Source: the human T2T-CHM13v2.0 reference genome, Homo sapiens. Taken from it: DNA of 64,000 bases. The position numbers were made by a program, and so were the translations under genes. The DNA is taken from the NCBI RefSeq assembly GCF_009914755.1, contig NC_060931.1; one strand, written 5' to 3'. This document shows positions 43,571 to 58,587 of this stretch, one piece after another. The notes beneath the pieces were generated by a model. It had not been told where the DNA came from and searched no databases. It saw only the letters and a list, made by a program, of their open reading frames with translations. The first letter of the stretch is position 1. Each line of letters begins with the position of its first letter.

Positions 43571-44611
43571 GTGAGTGTGCGGATCCTCCCTGCTCTGACA
43601 TGCAGGGCCTGCTTTCCGAAAGGGAAGCAACTCTCACCCGGCAATCATGCCTGCCCTGGGCTTTCCTTCTTTACCAAGACACCACCAAAGTCCCCCTCCC
43701 CATCAGTATCGTGATCATCATCATTTTCATCGCCATCATTATATTCTGTTTTGAATGGTTTGAAATACTTCCCTCTTATGCCCTGAAAGGTAGCAGTGTT
43801 AGGCATTTCTGCCCTTTACTTCCTCCTGGAAGCAAGCCAGGTGTATCCTGCCCACCAAATATGCAGGGCCATCATTTCAGAAAGAGGGAAGGAGAGTGCT
43901 TACTTTTACAAAAGCCACTTGAATATACTGGCTGGGCTTCGAGATTACTGATGAAATAGCTTAACACCATAGGTTAAATTTTATTTTGTTTTGTTTTCCA
44001 ATTTGAGTAAAAAAACCCCAAACTCCCTATAACTCTTCTAGAGTCTACAGTTTTCCTACGTATGTGAACTTTAAGAGGATAAATTGTCCTGCTGTGTTGG
44101 ATTAAATCTCTTTTAGCCTCTGATGGCTTCCATCAAGTGGAATTAGTGTGGGAATTCGAAGAGATACTGCTGGTAGAGTGTTTAACATAGGGTCTGCACA
44201 CAATACGAGCTCAATTATTGTCCACTGTTGTTACTACTATTGCTGCTGCTGCTGCTACTATTATTATATTGGAATCTATCTCTTTGAAAGAAATTAGAAA
44301 CATTCATCACCTAAAATCAGAGTTTTGCACTTTACCTTTGGAAGGTGACAGTGACTTTTTCTACTCTTGACCCTTTGGGTGTCTCCACATTCTAGTCATT
44401 GGAAAATAACTACACGTGGTTGCTGTCATGCCTAGATCTTCATTCTGTGGGATATAGGACAAGTTTGGAACCCAGAGCACAGGGGTCTTTCAGGTGTGGC
44501 GAGTTACAGTCTTTCCCTCACTCTCCTGCCTGTTTATGTGGTGGGGTTGGCAGTAGAGCATGGAGCAATGCTTAGCAGTCAGATGAGAGCTTGATAAGAA
44601 GGATTCATTGA

Positions 44612-44926
<315 letters not shown>

Positions 44927-45891
44927 GGACCCTTCTTATTAACTTCCCTAGAGAGTTTATGGAGGATTCTGGGAGCCTTTTGGAAGGAAGAGGCCATAGA
45001 AATAAAAGACATTGTTGCTGGTGTTATCAACCACTAACTGAACAACCAGAGTCCTTTGCTCAGGTTCTAGAAGTTTCACCAGGGGCTTTGTGTCAATGTT
45101 TATTTCCAACTTATAAATAAGAAGAGCAGTGCAAAAATTATTTTGAAGCAAACTGGTTTGGAGATGATTTTGAAGTAGAAAACACTAGGAAAAAAACAGA
45201 GTGATAAGTAACTGGTAAAAATCCTGCTAGACCAGGACTCTTCATTGTGGATGCAGAATGTCACTCTACTAAGTTACTAGAGTAACTAAATTAGAACTTA
45301 ATTCCTAAGGTAGAGCTGATTCCCATTCAGCTTCTTTGAAGAGAAGTCTTGATAGCCAAAGGGAATCAGATAATTTGAGCAGTTTGCTTTGCTTTGGTGG
45401 TGAAAATGTCACATTACGTTTGATTCAACTCAAATTTCTCAACACACTTTTTGGGAGCCTACTATGTGTCAGGCAATCTGATTGCTCTGGGGAAACAGTA
45501 ATCACAAGACATATGTGTCCGTGTCCTCACAGAGATTCTAGTTTAGGAATCAAGTCTATAATCACATGATCAGTAAATCAGTTAATTAGTCAATTGCAAT
45601 TTTCCATGAAGGAAGGCCATAGGCCACCTTGAAGAGTATAATACAGGGATTAAGTTTACTTGGGGAGGTAAATGCCAGTCTCCACTAAGGAAGGGGCATT
45701 TAATGGAATGGGACTCTCCAGAGACCCAGCAAAGGCAAAAGAGGGTTCAGGGTGAGTTAGGATTCCCAGCAACCTCCAGGGTTGTGTAGGACAGTAGAGG
45801 AGAGTGTTTCAAGGAAGGGGCTGTAAGCCATATCTAATATTTAGGTAAGTCAGAGAGAAGAGAGCTGCACATTAGTCATTAGACTGTATGG

Positions 45892-46107
45892 CAGAATTTT
45901 CCAAGCTTGGCACCGTTAATATTTGGGGGCTGGATAATTCTGTGTCTTGGGTAGCTGTCCTGTGTGTTGTACGACGTTTAGCAGTAACCCTGGCCTCTAC
46001 CCACTAGATCCCAGAAGCATTCCCCACTTGTGATGACCAAAAATGTTTCCAGACATTGCCAAATGTCCCCTGTGGGCCCACATTGCCCCTGGTTGAGAAT
46101 GACTACC
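45892..46107. mobile_element. MER20 (hAT-Charlie MITE)
   Basis: ggcctctacccactagat...ccaaaaatgtttccagacattgccaaatgtcccctg...cccctggttgagaa matches recalled MER20. Confidence 0.88.
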
Positions 46108-47298
46108 CTCTGATTTGCATTTTGGCTTTAGCCTTCCTTTCTTTTCGATCCCTTGTCTTTGGGGATCATCTACTTCTAATCTATGTTCTCCCAAACTATT
46201 TTATGTATTGCTGTAAACCCTTCTTCTTTTTTGGCAACAGGCAGGGTAGAAAGAAATGAATGCCACAGACGTGTGGTCACTGGTGTCAGGCACCGCTAGA
46301 GCTGGGACAGCTAGAGGCCTGGGCAGAGGCTGTTGGCTTTGGCAGCTGGGTGCTCGCCGGCAACCTATGAGAGGGGAACGGGGGCGGAGGCCAAACTGCA
46401 AGGGATTAATGAGTGAGTGGGTGGTGAGGAAGCGGAGGTGGCAAGCATAGAGAACTCTTTCAAGAGCACTAGGCAGTGACGGGAAGCGGAGTGATATAAC
46501 GGTAGCCTGAGAAGGAAACAGTTTTTTTAAAAATTAAAGGATAGCCGAGCTGGAGTTTGTCAAGAACAAGAAACCAGTGAGACAGAAGGGGTGAGCATGC
46601 TGGTTTACACGGCTAATCCCCAGAAGATAAAGGGTGTAGACAAACCTGGGGAGGAGTGGGGGTGCCAATTCCTCTGAGAAAGGAAGGGTTGGAAAGAGAT
46701 TCAAGGAAGTGACTTGAAAATGCTGAAGTAGAGGTGGTTAATTAAGGTTGAAGGGAGTCCATTTTGAATGACCTTGAACTTCTTGGTGAAGGAGCAGGTC
46801 ATTTCCTTGAGAAGGCTGAATGGACTGAGGAAATGGTTGGACAGACATGGAAATTGGGATTGACAAAGTTTCTTGATTTTAAGGAACAATTCCAAGCTTC
46901 CCCCACTTCAGATTTAAATGTAAAGATGCTTCTAAAACTCGATGTCTTCATTTAATGTGGAAGTGTATTTTTTCCTTGACAAGCTGTTATAAAAATATGT
47001 GCATTTTTCAATGGAAGAGGTGTTAGAATTAAGAAAATGTAGCAGTCACCCAGCAGTCACAAAGGTCTCCTGGGGTATTAGAAACTCACAGTCAAGCCAA
47101 TTGTTGTGGCCATGGTGTTTACTTTAGGGATGTCCTACAGCCTGGGAACCTGCATGGAGAAGACAGGATGACTGAGAATTGGAAACGGGAATAAATATAA
47201 GTTATCACTGCTTGCACTGTGCTAGGGGTGAAGAAATGATTTTTTTCTCCTTTTCCCTCATGGGAAAGAAACTTAGCTCTGTTAGGAATGGCCTATAA

Positions 47299-47622
<324 letters not shown>

Positions 47623-48669
47623 ACGTGGGAGATTTTTTATGTTACCGTTTCTTCGACATTATCTTTGTCTCAGAAGGAAGAGTTTCTCTTGCCCTTTGTA
47701 ATCTCACAGAGCTCAGTGTTAATTTCACTCTCTCTTTGCCTTCTAAATGAACCACGTTCTGAATTCCAGTGGCCTTTCTCAGCTCTGTCTCTATTGCAGA
47801 CTGTATATTTTTGTTATTTGCAATTTGCTGCTATGTTCCTGCTGAATTAAAAAAAATCACGATGTCCTTTATTGTCTCACTTGGAAGGTAATTATAGTCA
47901 GTATGTGGTATTATGGAAATAATTGTTATTTAAGAAGTATTCTGGTTCATATCCTACTTTAGGCTATTATTTTATAAAGTCAAAAAATGGCTTGTAGATA
48001 TGAAATGAAGGCTATTACCATGTTGTGTATTTTTGTATATACAAATATATATATAAAATATAGTATATTTAAAATATAGTGTATATATAAAATATAATAT
48101 TTTTATAGTATATTTGTGTTATATACGCATATAAAACAAAAATTATAATTAGTTGTTTGACGGAAAGACTAGGCAACTCAGTCTCTAAATCACACGTGGT
48201 AGTGCTATGTATTTGGTGCAGTCATTACACAGTGTTATAGACCAAAAGAATGGATGAACCAGTAGCAAAAAAATCATGTCATATAAAGCAAACTTCAGTG
48301 TATTCAGAAATCTGGCATAATTACCATGTTTTGCAAAAGCCAATGCTTTCCAATTTATATAATACAAATGACAAGTAAATAAGTGATATTTATTCAGAGA
48401 GCTACTTTTAGAATATTTTGTGTAATTCAGCCCAGGGAATTCCTTCATTCTCATGAATACAAATCCATGCCATTTGCAGAAAACATTTCTACCCTAGTAA
48501 ACAAAGGTAATTAAAACTTATATTGACTATCCTGAGGAATTAGAAAGCTCTGAAAGATTTCTAAATTGTTGAAGATTTGGAAATGTTCAGCAGAATATAT
48601 CATCCTCTGTTGTATTTTCATTTGACATTGATAAAGCGGATATTCTGTTAAGTTCAGTTACTACAAACA

Positions 48670-49110
48670 TACCAGTCTGAGGCAGGATAGGCTAGGATCT
48701 GCTATAATAACGAATTACCCCAAAGCTTCAGTGGCTTAGAGCAACAAAGGCTTATTTCTATTCCCCAAGGATACATTTCTATTGTAGATTGGCAGGAAGT
48801 TCTTCATAATCCTTTAGAATTCAGAAATGCTTTTCATAATGCCTCAGAGATTTAGGATGATTGGGTAGCCACTATTTCCAATATTGCTAGTTGCCATGTT
48901 AAAACAAAGGGGAAGGGGGAATGCTAGAGTGTCTTACACCAGGAATTAGATGCTGGCCCCTGGGTGACATGTCACTTTCATTCATTACTCAATGGGCAGA
49001 ACTAGTCACATGGCTTCATGCAACCACAAGAGAGCCAGAAAATTCAGTCCCACCATGTGACCAGAAGTCAGACAGCCAAAAACATTTGGGAGCAGCATTT
49101 TTGATAACCA
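48670..49110 (-). mobile_element. Old MLT1 (MaLR) LTR
   Basis: caggataggctagg...cagtggcttagagcaacaaaggcttatttct...actagtcacatggc resembles MLT1. Confidence 0.7.
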
Positions 49111-50234
49111 TAATATCATTCCCTGAAAATTAAAAATAAGCATTGGTTTATTACATTGTACAGAACATAGAATACTAAAAATAATTTGTCATGTTACTCT
49201 AAAATCATATGTGTAATTTAAAAATATCAGATAATAGGTGGGCAAGGTCTTCATAAATGGAAATATACTGTACAGATTTCACAGTTACATTTGTAGATAC
49301 ATATGTCAAATAATTAGGCATGGCATGTAATTCTTTCCCAAAGTCTGACTTGAATCACGATTCTCTTCTTTCATCATGTATATCTCCTATTTTTGGTTAA
49401 TCCATAGATAATGTCTAGCATACTTATCATACCTTAGACTTAACTTTTACACTGTTGTGTAAAACATTAACTACATTTGAAAAGTTCCAAATGATTTTGC
49501 AAAATTCCAGTGCTACTGAGGTCTAAATTCACTTTCATGTTTTGCACATGGTTTTCTCATATGTATAAGAAGAAATGGAAAAATTTTAACTTGTCATGCT
49601 GCCATTATTAGTTATTCTTCATGACCACAAATAAGCATTCATTTAAACACTTATTGTTTGTAAAATGCTGCCTACTTAGGTAGGCATTAGGACACAGCTC
49701 ATTTTTTTGTATATATATGTTATTTTAATACCTTCAGTATTGTTCATTTACTTCTTCCTGTTTTATTCCTTAAATACAAAGTTTAAAGTGCAAACCCATA
49801 GCTCCTAAAGAAATATATAGTTTAGTGATTAATCAGCATAGTTGGATATATCCAGGGACTATCTAAGAAGTAGAGTGCTTTCAAAAAAAGTTCCCAGGGA
49901 AGGTATAGAAGGCAAAAATTTTCTGCTTATTATCAGTACTCAGCCAGATTTTTCTGCAATTGTAGTTAACCCCTTTGGTAAACTTTAATGAAAATTAGAA
50001 TGCATATATTTGGGTGTAATTTAAAGGAACATCCCAGCACATTTGCTTGCATAAAAAAGCTTTGCAACTTCACTTACTCATGCTTTCACACTTTTTCGAA
50101 ATGTTTTTTTTTTTTTGTTTTGCCTGTCATGTTTGCAATGCTAAATAAGTCTTTTTCTCAATAATGGTAAATATGTTTTTTAAAACTGAATGGCTCCTCT
50201 TCTCCCCTCCCTTTTTTTTTTATTCGTCCGACAG

Positions 50235-50328
50235 CGCTTCCCAACAGAGGACCATCTGATGATTCATAGGCACAAACATGAAATGACTTTGAAGTTTCCT
50301 TCAATAAAAACAGACAATATGTTATCAG
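50235..50328 (+). CDS. CREB5: CREB5 coding exon 3, 94 nt, phase 0-1: RFPTEDHLMIHRHKHEMTLKFPSIKTDNMLS(D)
   Basis: A pyrimidine tract plus gacAG acceptor ends at 50234, and the donor is CAG|GTAAGG at 50329. It continues exon 2 in frame. It holds the His half of the C2H2 finger and an ATF2-like KHEMTLKF docking motif. Confidence 0.97.
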
Positions 50329-50584
50329 GTAAGGAGCCATCAGGAAAAGAAGCTTTGGGTGATCAGATCTGTTCCATGCGAGATACTTGTTCTTCTTTTG
50401 GTAGGCGAGTCCCACTGGTAAATTGTGCACCTTGAAAATACACATTTCTAAGGTATAGCAGAAATATAATCAGGTAATATTCACCCAAGTGACTGAAGAG
50501 CGGCAACTTCTCATTTTCTAGATATGAAATATGTATTACTATGCAACTTGGCTCTATATAAGTTGTTTTAAAAATCACATACCT

Positions 50585-50897
<313 letters not shown>

Positions 50898-51284
50898 TCA
50901 CACTCGAGCAACAAATGTGAATTGGGCATCTATGCACGCTGCACTGTTCTGTGAGCCATGGGAAATGCAAAGATTTATATTCTTCCTGTCCTCAAGGATA
51001 TCACAATATAGCATGCATGTGAAAACTTAGCTAAAATAAAGGATCATCTATGACATACATCAGATGAGTATTTTAAGGAAAAGGTGCTATGCAACTTTGG
51101 TAGAATGAGCTCTCTTTCTGGATTGAGATGGTCAGTGAAGGTGTCCTTAGGAAACAATATCTGCCTCATATGTGGGAGATTAAATGAGAGAATGTATGGA
51201 AACAGCAAGTGCTCAGCAAATGTGAGCAGAAATAAATAATACCAATAATCCATTAGCTAATTGTGATTTATTCTAATTTTGAGA

Positions 51285-51530
51285 GGTAGTACGGCAAATT
51301 AGAAAAAGTGCAGGGACAGGAGTGAGGAACCTGAACTCTATCCTGGGCTTTGCCTTACCTGGCCATGACCTTGAGCTACTTATTGAACCTTTTTGGGCTT
51401 CAGTTTCTTTTCCCAAAAAATGGGAATGATTGTGTCTGCCAAGCCTGTTTCACAGGCTTATGATGGAGATTCAGTGAAAGAATGTAAGGAAAAGTGTTGC
51501 ATAAACCCTAACAGGATAATCAAATAGTTT
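51285..51530 (+). mobile_element. MIR
   Basis: atgaccttgagc...gggcttcagtttcttttcccaaaaaatgggaatgat matches MIR. Confidence 0.65.
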
Positions 51531-54500
51531 CCTGTTATTCTTCTTAGGCTAGAAATATTTCACCTTAGCACTTCTCTCCTTAGCACACCTATGGATATGT
51601 TTTAAATGTATTAGAAGAGAAACAAACTGTCCTGCCAGGCCTGGCTCATGTAATTTAGTGTTTCTATGTTACTTTAATTTTAAAAGTGCTTTATTATTAC
51701 AATATTTTAAATTCTTTTTTACTAATTTTATTTTAAGTTCTGGGAAACATGTGCAGGCTATCACTGTTATCAATAATCCTCTAAGGGTTTTGTCAGACAG
51801 GTTATTGTAACCCATTGTTATTGACAGGGGAGGAAGGGCACAGGTGATGGAGCTTCTGTCCCAGGCTCAGAACACAGGGAAAAGATGAGGGCCCTTGATC
51901 CTGCAGTCCTAACCCACTAACCTGCACACGGCTACTGCATCATCAGACTTTGCCACTTTATAGACACGGTCAGATTCTCCCAATACTCCCGGTGTCGGAG
52001 CCACCCACACATCCAGTGACTTGTTGATAGTGCCAATGTGCTCTGGCTTGGAAGACACCGAGTTCAAAGGCAGCATCTGCCCTTCTCTTCACCCACCACT
52101 CGCCACCTCTCAGCCTCTGTTTGTTATTGTTTTTTTTTTTTATGAGCTTGCTCTTTAAAAATTGTTTGGTCTCCTTTTAAGTCTACAAACAGAGATGGAG
52201 AAACTCAAATTCATAAGAATTATAACAGCCTAGAAGGATTAGGAAGGATGGCCTATTCTTTTGTTTTGTATCCGTTATGTTCTATAGAGTCAATGTAGTA
52301 TAACTTAATGGTTCATCAGTGAGCGTAGATACACAAGTAGCAAGGCTGTAGATTCTGCAATTCCCAATATTTAAATTCAAAAGTTCTCCCTTTATTTTTC
52401 CCAAATTGGATCCCTCAAATAAGCTGCCTGGTGGTAAAGGAGTGGGAGGTGAGTTTAGGGAATGATGATTATGTAGGGAGATTACTACTACAGTGTAAGT
52501 ACCAGACAGAGCAGCCTTTCAGGCAGGCTGCCAGGATGGTCCTCTAAGGAGCCCCATCTGAAGGTCTGAAAAAGAGCAGCTGAAGATGTGTGAACACTGA
52601 AACGAAGCATTCTTCTATATAGTGCCTAAAGCAGGTTTTTTGGGTTAATCTCTTGCAGCTTTGCAATTGTTCTTACCGGATCCTTATTAATTTGAGGCTG
52701 TCCCTGCCAATCACTGGCAGTGCCAGGTGGAATATTATTTGGGGAAAAGTAACTCTAATTTTTATTATGTCAAATTTGGAATGAGAAAATGAAGAGAAAA
52801 ACAGTATGAGTATTATATTGACATATTTTCTTTTGCTTTCTCATGGTTTATGTTGAGGTTGGTGTTGAGGTTGGTGTGAGGCCATTTAATACTCCTAATG
52901 AAATGAAGTGCTAAATTTTAAAACTTGCTACCTACTTTGCATGTTCTTAGGTTCATAGAATTTTCTTACTGGAAGGGAATGCAGAGCTATACAGTCTGGT
53001 TCAATTTCTTTGCACTTAGAGAACTCTGTGTAATATACCAACATTGTCCATCCTGAATTATAATAGGCTATTGTGTTGGATATTTTTACTTTGTTATTTT
53101 TTAATTTTTTCTCCAGGAAATCCTTCAGTGTTTATTTTTCTCAAGCCTTATTTTCCATAAGGCTAATTGTGGCATATTGGATTATGATTGCATATATGAC
53201 AAGATTTTACTTGACTGTTGCTTGATTTATTTAAATTCAATTTATCAAAAGCTTCAGAGAATACTTTTATTAAAACTATGTTTGTAGGCCCAATTAGTTT
53301 GTATTTGTATTTTGTCATACTGTCCATGATGAGTTTTAGTATCTTATGAGTTTTAGAATTAGTTCTTTTATTTTACATGTTTATGTGATATTATAATACT
53401 TTTTTTTCTTAAAAGATTGCTAGAACTCACACTAAAGCCTTCTGGTCCTGGAAAACAAACAAACATGCTCATTAAAATTTTATTTACCTTATCATATTTT
53501 GTGGCCTATCATGAAGATGAATGATTTTATATGACTTGTAATATAGTAGCAACAATAATAAAAATAATGTAAATCAAAATATCAGGGTAAAAATCTTCAA
53601 GTTCCTCCTAGACTACTTTTTCAAGCAATATTCAATTACACATTTTATTTCAGATGAGTTGAGGCTCATCATATTTTAAGAAGATAAAATATAATAGATA
53701 TTTGTATGACAAACTTCAGAATATCTGGTTAACCTTTATTTTGGAAAATTTTGGAAAATCACTTTATCCTTAATTAGTTGTAAATATTGTAGTTGGGGAA
53801 GGTGTTAAGATGTCACAGATATACTCTAAGTTTCCAACGGGTTGAAAGATCAGAAATAATTTCATAGCTTTGTCATAAGGCTCATTTCATTTAGGACAGG
53901 TAGAGTCACTCCCAAAAAGTGATTGTAAACGATTTTTGACATGCCACCAGGTAGGGTATTAAAAGTGACAGTCCTCGTGTTTTATTAGAATAAGCCCTAT
54001 CTTCTGGGTAGACAGTAAACATAGACCCCTTATTCAAAGGGACAGAGTAGAGACACAAATGGAGATGACAGTGTTGGATTTTGAGAGCAAAGACTTGCAC
54101 AACCCTTCGCCTGGGTCTTCTCATCTTTATTTGGTCCACGTGATGCATTTCTAGAGCCCTAATGTGATGATAGATGTGAATCACTCTCTTCAGCTGTTCT
54201 CATTGTGAAAAAGGATAATTTCATAGTAAGGGAAGTTGTGATGCAGAAGGTTTTTGAGTGCCAAGTTTGAAGTGGGAATGTGTAGAGGACAATGCACATC
54301 CATAGGCAGCTTTCAAAATTACAAGCTATTATATGATGCAACGTTTGGTTTGAAAATCATGATCAAATTTCAGCAGAGCGGTAAAGAGGGTGGTGTTTGA
54401 GTCTATTTCCATGGTAGTACGGGTAGGAACCTAGGAATTTCCAAATCTTGTCTTGTTAAATATCCCCACCCTGAGTTCTTTATAGGGTTCCTGGGTTCTG

Positions 54501-54893
54501 TGCAGGAAAAAAAAAAAAAAAAAAAAGACCCAGAATCAGAATTAAAGTGCAACCTTATTTATAGCTGAACAGACAAGTAATATTCCAAATGAGAATTCCT
54601 ATTAAAACAAAAATTCAAATGGAGCACATGACTTTTTCTCCATCTCCACTGTAAATCTTGATACCAGCAAGTTCAGTCTTTACTGTGGAGAGAGGTTGAG
54701 ACAGCCCTCCAAGGTAGGGCTGTGTGTGCACATGTGTCCTCTCATGTGCTCACACGTGTGTGTGTGTGACCTAATAGATGATAGATTGTGTTGCCTGGAG
54801 GGAGAGGGGAAGATAAAGTTCAAGAGTGTTGTGGATCTTTCCCGCAAGGTAAAACCCAATTGACATCTCATGTGGGAAGCCTAAGAAAGATAA

Positions 54894-55214
<321 letters not shown>

Positions 55215-55252
55215 AACTGTGTGTCTTTCAAATGCCTTGGTAGCCTACCTGC

Positions 55253-55260
55253 TGACGTCA
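55253..55260. promoter_or_regulatory. Full palindromic CRE motif TGACGTCA (function unknown)
   Basis: Exact 8-mer match only. Confidence 0.3.
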
Positions 55261-55369
55261 TGGCCCAGCTAATGCTATAGGCAACTGGTCTGTGCTTGGA
55301 TGGAAGTTAGGGCAGGCACCAGTCAAGGTGTAGGAAAAGGGGCTGAAGTTGCCCTTCTACAGCCATGTG

Positions 55370-55620
55370 ATTCATTCATTCAGCAAACACTCACTGAGTG
55401 CCTACAATAAGTGTTAATTGCTGCGTTGAACAAGACAGGTGAGGTCTCTTTTTTCATGAAACTTACTACTCAAGTGGGGTGCAGAGAAAGGGAGATAATA
55501 AATAACAACAAAAAACCCAGATAAGTAAATAAGTATCAGTTAGTGACAAGTGCTATGATGAAGATAAAACATGACTGTGATGGCAAGTGGCCAGCAGGAA
55601 GCGGGGTCAGGAAAGGCCTC
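55370..55620. mobile_element. L2 3' end fragment
   Basis: attcattcattcagcaaacactcactgagtgcctac is a typical L2 terminus. Confidence 0.7.
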
Positions 55621-58452
55621 TGGGTACTTTATGCTCAGGTGTCCTTTCTCCCTGACCTCTGGATGTGGTGGGACTGGATGTGGGTAAGACCACAAGCCCA
55701 CGTGTGGCACAGCTGACTATATCTTGAGCTGACGCTGAAGAGAGGCAGGAAAGACTGGCTTCTTTATCCCGTCTTCCTTTATTCATCAGATTCTCAGCAC
55801 TCACCATTTGATAGAAAGCATCTAACATAAATGACAATATAGTCCTTCAGAACCCAACTGTGTCCCTGGATTAGGTCTATAATCAGGGCCCATCTCTAGT
55901 TCCAGGCTCTAAACCTGATTCTCACCATGGAGAAGGCAAGAAAGTAATTCAGGGAAGTAAAACATTTGTCCTCAAGAGGCTAATCATGATCATCCAATCA
56001 CAGAACTGAGATCCATTGCTCATGGTTCTTTGCTAGAAGAGTCTACTTAATAATCCCTGGGCATTTTAAGGGGGAAGCTGGAGGGAAGATGGCGTATCTC
56101 ACTCCAAATTCTTTTTTAGAACGAGTTAGGGTATTGTAAAAACTGAGTAAATAAATCACACGCACACACACACGTGACCCATACTTACCTCTTCTTCTTG
56201 GCAATTCCATTGATAGTAAAGGTATATAGTAACTTCCCACCGTGTGTATTAATTGGATCTTTATGGAGCAGAGGGTGGGGGAGATGGCTTGCACCAGAGG
56301 GCAGCATGGTAATAATACTAGCTACCATTTATTGCCTTCCCTTATACCAGTCATTGCGCCCTGTGCTTTACATACATTAGGTCATTTAATCCTTACCACT
56401 TTTTTTTTCATATGAGGAAATAAGATCAAAGGAATAAGTAGTTTGCTCAAAGTCCATATATGTCTGTAATTTTCCTACCATACACCTAGATGTGTGAGCT
56501 GTACATACTAAGAACACATTTTGGTCTCAGTTGTATGTTTGGATATAAATCTCTGAACTACTTTTTCTTATATTATTGGTATCTCTTTAATAGTCATCCA
56601 ATGGAGAAAATAATCAAAAGTTTTTAGGAGATTCTTCTAACACATAAGCATTGAAAAGAACAAAGAGTTGTGGTTTAAAATCAGATTGTCTCATCCATTG
56701 TGACAAATAGAATGTAAGTGTTACTGGCATTTATAGGAGTTGTCCGTTTCTCGTCCGTATTCTTAGCTGGTCAAGCAAAATGGAATTTTGAATAATTCCC
56801 CTGAATCCTTTGGAGGCCTTGCTCTGCAGTATTCTTTTTTATATGAAAAGCTTGCTTGCTGTCTTCGTTCTGTCTGGAAACCAGTCCCCTTTGACTAAGA
56901 GTATAGGAGAACTCAGGCAATCAGGGACTCAGTGGAAAGTTAAGCATTAGCTTCTGCTATTCAGGGCAATTTTTGATAATAAAATCACCTTGGGTCCCCT
57001 AGCTCACTCGGCCAGCAGAGACTTGATCTCTTGGTGTTAATAACCCTTCTTACTAGCTTAGCCTCAGTAATGCAAATTGAAATTGTGGCTTGATTGCAGT
57101 TGGAACACTTGGGGTAGCTCATGGTTGATCGTGAGTAGGTGTGGAATATATAATTGGTTACTTTAAAACTATGTCTTTTGGAGCTAGTTGAGCATGCGTT
57201 GTAAGAGACACCTTTGTCAGAGCATTGTCTAATGGACTCACAGGCACTTGGAAGAGCATCTAGTCCCACAGTTGTCTATCTTGGCAATGAATGGATCCCA
57301 GTATATGAGTCAAGAGTGTAAGAGGGTGTTCCATCTCCCCACTGACCTGGATCACCCTGGCCAGGATGGTTTTTAAGCATTCCATGTCTGTTGCTTAAAA
57401 ACCAGGTCTGCCTTGGTTTGTCCCATTGTAGCACTGCCTTTCAGGACAGATGCAGGGAAACAGTAACATCAGTGTTACTGAGAGACTCCTATTATATATT
57501 CACACTCAATAAAAGGCACATTTGTTGCAAAGAAGTCTAAAATTCCATGGAATTCTGTGTGTTGTGATTGATTATCGATCTTACAAATGATTATGTGTAT
57601 TAAAATTCATTTAATGTAAATTTTCTTAAATTAGGGCTCTATTAAAATTTAGATAGGGACTAAGTTGGAATATTTTAAAGAAAGCATTTGCTGAAATATT
57701 TATGAGATAAATGTAACCAAAAAAAAATATGAAAAGTACCTAAGAAAAATACCTTTTTAGATAACTCTAACTCTTACTAAAATAGATATACTAATTCCAA
57801 TATTTTTCTCCACTGATTTGAATAGCCCTCTTGAGGAATCCTATTAGGCCACCTTTTTGTTTGGTTGAATCTGAGTCATGCAAATAATAAAAATGCATTG
57901 CCTTTAAAGAATATCCTGTAATTAGACTGGCCGCTAATTCAGACTAACCTTTATTGTAACTAATGAGGCTTTTTATAGTATTTCTAGCCACTATCAGTTT
58001 CATGCCATATGATGTAACATTATTTTCACAGTCCTTTAGTAATACCATAGTTGAGAATATCAGACCAATAGGAAAGAAAATTTTGCTTAGGAAGTTAATA
58101 TTATTTTCTGGTATGTGATGGGACCCCTGCATTTTCCCTTCTTTTCTTTTTTAAATTGGTGATTTGTCACTTTGACTTTTTTAACCATTGAGGAAAATGA
58201 AACAGAAAAACACATAATACAAATGCAGCTCTGAAAGGGAGTAAGGTAGCAATCTATTATTAAATGTAGAGCAGACTAAATGCTTTTTAAAAGAAGAATC
58301 AGATTTCAGAATTTAGCATTTTTCTTGTCATTTAGTTTTACTTTGGAATAATTGCACTTGCTGGGCTGAAGCTCTTGATGCTAGGCAGACTATGAACTGA
58401 TAGGAAGCGCTAAGAGTCGCATATGCATTGAGCCGTATGCTTGTCTGCCCAG

Positions 58453-58587
58453 CTGATAATGTGACTGATTGGGTAATTCCTAATTCATAAGGCCAAGTTT
58501 GTAGCAATCTGCTGGATCGATCCACAAGTAGTCTCAGCAAGGCAAGTATCCTGTACCTACCAATTTACAGAGGCAGTGATTCCATGA
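58453..58587 (+). repeat. Left arm of a 135-bp inverted repeat
   Basis: Reverse complement of 60263-60397 with 4 mismatches and no gaps. Confidence 0.97.

Noticed and set aside
43415-43714. ORF-track calls 43415-43714, 50190-50435 and 62887-63093 as standalone genes
   Set aside because: Each is a true CREB5 exon read through into flanking intron. The splice sites define the real boundaries.
50303-50308. AATAAA inside exon 3
   Set aside because: It is explained by the Ser-Ile-Lys codons, and it sits just upstream of a strong 5' splice site that would suppress cleavage.
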